Source: Bacillota bacterium (lineage in GTDB: Bacteria > Bacillota > Clostridia > Christensenellales > CAG-138). From it: a stretch of DNA of 64,000 nucleotides. The stretch is from assembly GCA_023395595.1 (NCBI GenBank), contig JAEWYO010000070.1, positions 36,093 through 100,092 of the forward strand, in the 5' to 3' direction. The position numbers and the translations under genes are program-made. The stretch's first letter is position 1; every line of letters starts with the position of its first letter. The notes below the pieces were generated by a model. The model ran no database searches and was not told the DNA's origin. It was given only the letters and a program-made list of their open reading frames with translations. Shown piece by piece: positions 61,091 through 64,000 of the stretch.

Positions 61091-62914
61091 TTATTGCAGG
61101 GCTGCGCGAGGGATGCCGGCTGCGCTCTCTTCGTACGCTCGGGGAATGCGGATGGTGACGATGGTGCCAACATCCCGCGTGGAAGAGATTGCGATCTGCG
61201 TTCTTGTGCCGAATTTCAACTTCAGCCGCTGGGCGATGTTGACGAGACCGACGCTGCGCGTCTCCGCGCGCAGAGGTGACTGTGCTCGATCAAGAATCGC
61301 CTGATTCAGCGCGTCCAACTGTGCCTGCTCCATGCCGATGCCATTGTCCGAAACGCTGATGACCGCGTCATCGCCTTCCGCCTGCACCGAGATGCAGATG
61401 CGGGAGCTGCCGATGCGCGGTTCGCAGCCGTGGATCAGCGCGTTTTCCACGATCGGCTGAACACTTAGCGCTGGAATCCGGCAGTCGGCAAGCGCGGGAT
61501 CGAGTTCAATTTGGTAGGTCAGCTCGTCGTGCCGCCGCTCCTGCAGGCTCAGGTAGCATTCCGCAATCTTGAGCTCGGCGGTGATGGTGATATCCCGATC
61601 GGTGTTTACCATGCCGCGCAGAAGGATCGAGAGTTCGTCGATGCTGGCGATCGCATCCGGATAGCGGCCGCTCTTGACGAGCAGGCTCACGGTGCTGAGT
61701 GTGTTGAAGAGGAAATGCGGGCGGATCTGGTTATACAGCGCGTCATACTGCGCAATCTTTTGCAAATACTCTGCTTCGTATTTTTCCCGTGTCAACTCCG
61801 CGTCGCGCTCAATCATTTCCGAAATGCGGAGCAACAGTTCGTTGAACGAGCGGTTGAGGTAGTCGATCTCCTCTGCGCGGTGCTCGCTTGCGCGCACACT
61901 CAAATCCCCGTCCTGCGCGGTTCGCATGACGGCGACCGTGTTGTTGATTGGCTTGATGAACGAGCGCACGAACAGAATCGTGACAAGAAGACCCACCAGC
62001 GCGCAGACAAACGCGAGCAAAATCGTAAACTGGCGCGCGGAGGCGACATCTTTCATCAGGCTCGATTGGGCGTTGACCGCGATGATCGTCCAATCGGTGT
62101 CCTTAACGGGCTGGGAATTGATGATGTAGGTCTCTCCTTCAAGGTGCAGGCGGGTCGGGCTTTCGCCGGCTTTCGCGGAGAGGAACACGTCGGTGAGCGA
62201 GAGTCCGCCGGGAAGCGTGCTGTGTTGATAGATGACACTGTTTGCGCTGTCGATGATGAACAGCCCGCTTTTTTCGAGCAACTGCACGTCGTCGAGCACA
62301 TCCCGGATGCCGCTATAGTTTGCGTCCACGCGGATTACGCCGAGAGTTTTGGAGGAATCCGAAAGGCTTCTGAGTCGCTGTACCATGGAAAACACGGTCA
62401 GTGTGTAGCCGTTGTTGACCTCCACATGTGCGGGCAAAAACACGGTGCTTGCGGTATCAAGTGCGGACCGATACCAGCTTTCTTTCTGATAATCCGATGA
62501 AAGATCGATCGGATGCGCCGTTCGCGTACTATAATAGATCTCGTCGGTGAGGATATACACGCGCAGAATGTCCTTGCGCGGGATGGTCATCACTTCGCGC
62601 AGATAGTTTTCAATGGTGCGCCGTTTGTCGAGCGTTTCCGCCGGGTCGGTAGGCGAGGACGCAAGCAGACCCATAATGCGCTCGCTGTAATACGGGGACA
62701 AGCAAAGCCGCGAAAGATCGTTGATGTAGTTGCCGGTGTTGAGCGCGATTTGCTCGATCAGCTGCTGGGTCTGCGTCGCGGTCTGGCGCAGCAGGTCGTC
62801 GCTGTAGCGCACGAAACCAACCGTGGACACCAGCACAACTGATCCGAAGATCAGCAGTGAGATGACCGCAAGCAGGCGGTTCTTGAGATGATAACGTTTT
62901 TTTATGGTAGACAT
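61091..62914 (-). CDS. sensor histidine kinase (YesM-like; two TM helices, HAMP, His_kinase/HATPase)
   Basis: Re-called start at ATG 62914 (MSTIKKRYHLKNRLLAVISLLIFGSVVLV). QIRPHFLFNTLSTV is the LytS/YesM-type H-box. A GIGM G-box is present. Confidence 0.85.
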   Translation of the reverse strand: MSTIKKRYHLKNRLLAVISLLIFGSVVLVSTVGFVRYSDDLLRQTATQTQQLIEQIALNTGNYINDLSRLCLSPYYSERIMGLLASSPTDPAETLDKRRTIENYLREVMTIPRKDILRVYILTDEIYYSTRTAHPIDLSSDYQKESWYRSALDTASTVFLPAHVEVNNGYTLTVFSMVQRLRSLSDSSKTLGVIRVDANYSGIRDVLDDVQLLEKSGLFIIDSANSVIYQHSTLPGGLSLTDVFLSAKAGESPTRLHLEGETYIINSQPVKDTDWTIIAVNAQSSLMKDVASARQFTILLAFVCALVGLLVTILFVRSFIKPINNTVAVMRTAQDGDLSVRASEHRAEEIDYLNRSFNELLLRISEMIERDAELTREKYEAEYLQKIAQYDALYNQIRPHFLFNTLSTVSLLVKSGRYPDAIASIDELSILLRGMVNTDRDITITAELKIAECYLSLQERRHDELTYQIELDPALADCRIPALSVQPIVENALIHGCEPRIGSSRICISVQAEGDDAVISVSDNGIGMEQAQLDALNQAILDRAQSPLRAETRSVGLVNIAQRLKLKFGTRTQIAISSTRDVGTIVTIRIPRAYEESAAGIPRAALQ

Positions 62915-63107
62915 AGAAGGGATTCGCACCTTTCCATGAAAAGTATAGCATATTTCCGTTCCAGGAATTTGAAATCGAAAAAAGTAGCACCGGAATCCGA
63001 AAAATACGGAATATCCAATCGCGGACCGGGATGACATAATGACAGCGAGGGGTGCAAAGACACCTAACTTCTACAAAGCACATCTAAAATATCGAGGAGG
63101 AACAGTC

Positions 63108-64000
63108 ATGAAAAAGTGGACAGCCATGCTGCTGATGCTGGTGATGCTGGCAAGCACGCTCGTAGGATGCGCGCCTGCTGCAACAACACCCGCAGCCGAA
63201 GACACAGCAGCGCCCGCAGCCGCGGCAACCGAAGCCCCGGCAACGGAAGCTCCGGCAAAAGACGTCAATCTCTCTTTCTTCACCGGAAAAGTGGAGACGA
63301 TCGATCTTCTGGATCAGATCATCGCCGATTACAACGCGCAGTCCAACGGTATCATCGCCGAGCAGGAATACCAGCAGGACGCGAGCAACATCATCAAGAT
63401 CAAGTTCGCTTCCGACGCTGTGCCGGACGTCATGACCACCTATGAGCAGGAGTTTGTTGACCAGGGCAAGTATCTGGCGCTGAACGACATGAGTCAGTGG
63501 TGGGATCGCCTGATTCCGTCCATGAAGGAAAGCTGCACGGATCTTGCCAGCGGCAACCAGTACCGTGTCTGCACCAACATGACCATGGCGGGCTTCTTCT
63601 ATAACAAGCAGATGTTCGCGGATCTCGGCCTGACCCCCGCGACCACGTGGGAAGGGTTTGTAGCAAACCTTGAAGCCATCAAGGCGGCTTATCCCGACGT
63701 TGACCCGTGGTTCATCTTCGGCGAAGCGTGGCACCTCGGCCACCTCATCGAGTTCTTCCCGCAGGGCTACATCAAGGCCAAGTACGGCGCAACCGCTGCA
63801 AAGCAGGCCTTCCTGAAGAACGACTCCTCGATCCTCCAGTGGGGCAATCCGGACGGCGCGATGGCGACGTTTGCAAAAGATCTCGTCGATCTACAGCAAA
63901 AAGGCCTCATCAATGCGGACGTGCTGACCGCGACCAGCGACAACTGCATCGACGCGTTTGTCACCGGCAAGGCTGCGATGTTCTCCAACGGCATGTGGTG
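63108..64000 (+). CDS. ABC transporter sugar-binding lipoprotein (5' part; runs off the window)
   Basis: This gene is absent from the ORF track because no stop is reached. GAGGAGG RBS followed by ATG 63108. The signal peptide is MKKWTAMLLMLVMLASTLVGC (lipobox), followed by an Ala/Pro/Thr linker. The frame stays open to position 64000, with a family-1 SBP-like sequence. Confidence 0.8.
   Translation, partial: MKKWTAMLLMLVMLASTLVGCAPAATTPAAEDTAAPAAAATEAPATEAPAKDVNLSFFTGKVETIDLLDQIIADYNAQSNGIIAEQEYQQDASNIIKIKFASDAVPDVMTTYEQEFVDQGKYLALNDMSQWWDRLIPSMKESCTDLASGNQYRVCTNMTMAGFFYNKQMFADLGLTPATTWEGFVANLEAIKAAYPDVDPWFIFGEAWHLGHLIEFFPQGYIKAKYGATAAKQAFLKNDSSILQWGNPDGAMATFAKDLVDLQQKGLINADVLTATSDNCIDAFVTGKAAMFSNGMW

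Overview
This is a 64-kb chromosomal window from a moderately GC-rich Gram-positive, Clostridia-like genome. The signals for that are GGAGG ribosome-binding sites, Cys-lipobox signal peptides, a SpoIIP homolog and YesM/YesN-type sensors. I call about 50 protein-coding genes, one complete IS4-family insertion sequence and one decayed GH1 pseudogene. I found no rRNA, tRNA or CRISPR. The ORF track uses GTG/TTG starts and over-extends many N-termini; I re-called starts wherever an RBS plus start codon fits the protein family better.

Content from left to right:
- 0-10.5 kb: housekeeping and stress genes (XRE regulator, DinB with a Cheo/LexA box, MarR, orphan GlpK), an alpha/beta-hydrolase fused to a polytopic membrane domain, and a large GH5-like lipoprotein.
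- 10.6-16 kb: a visibly AT-richer glycosyltransferase island (GT4, a 767-aa dual GT, WecB).
- 16.0-17.6 kb: an IS4-family element with a 10-bp target duplication, inserted at the apex of the intrinsic terminator of the neighbouring arabinofuranosidase operon.
- 17.7-27 kb: an arabinoside locus (LacI-GH51 divergent from GH127, then a CUT1 ABC importer and DUF624). It has three TGYTAAACGTT operators and an unusual 3.5-copy tandem array of 82-85 bp units, each with a GNRA-capped hairpin.
- 27.3-36.6 kb: an RR-HK-SpoIIP operon divergent from a tight six-gene cluster (VTC-domain protein, DUF4956, beta-helix lipoprotein, phosphodiester glycosidase, small membrane protein, NapH-like polyferredoxin with two flavinylation motifs).
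- 36.8-56 kb: a ROK regulator and a roughly 16-kb, 14-gene operon. It joins an Opp/Dpp-type ABC importer to a nan/nag-like amino-sugar pathway, and also carries a 915-aa cytoplasmic FG-GAP repeat protein, a Cys-rich duplicated-domain protein and a ceramidase-like protein.
- 56-64 kb: a DeoR-SIS module divergent from TIM-like and YjbQ genes, an 18-bp perfect palindrome, GH1 pseudogene debris, and a YesM/YesN-like two-component system with a partial solute-binding gene at the window edge.

Best candidates for undescribed biology:
- the VTC/DUF4956 envelope cluster
- the variant nan/nag operon with its cytoplasmic FG-GAP protein
- the GNRA-hairpin tandem repeat array

All family assignments come from motif recognition by eye and need HMM or BLAST confirmation.
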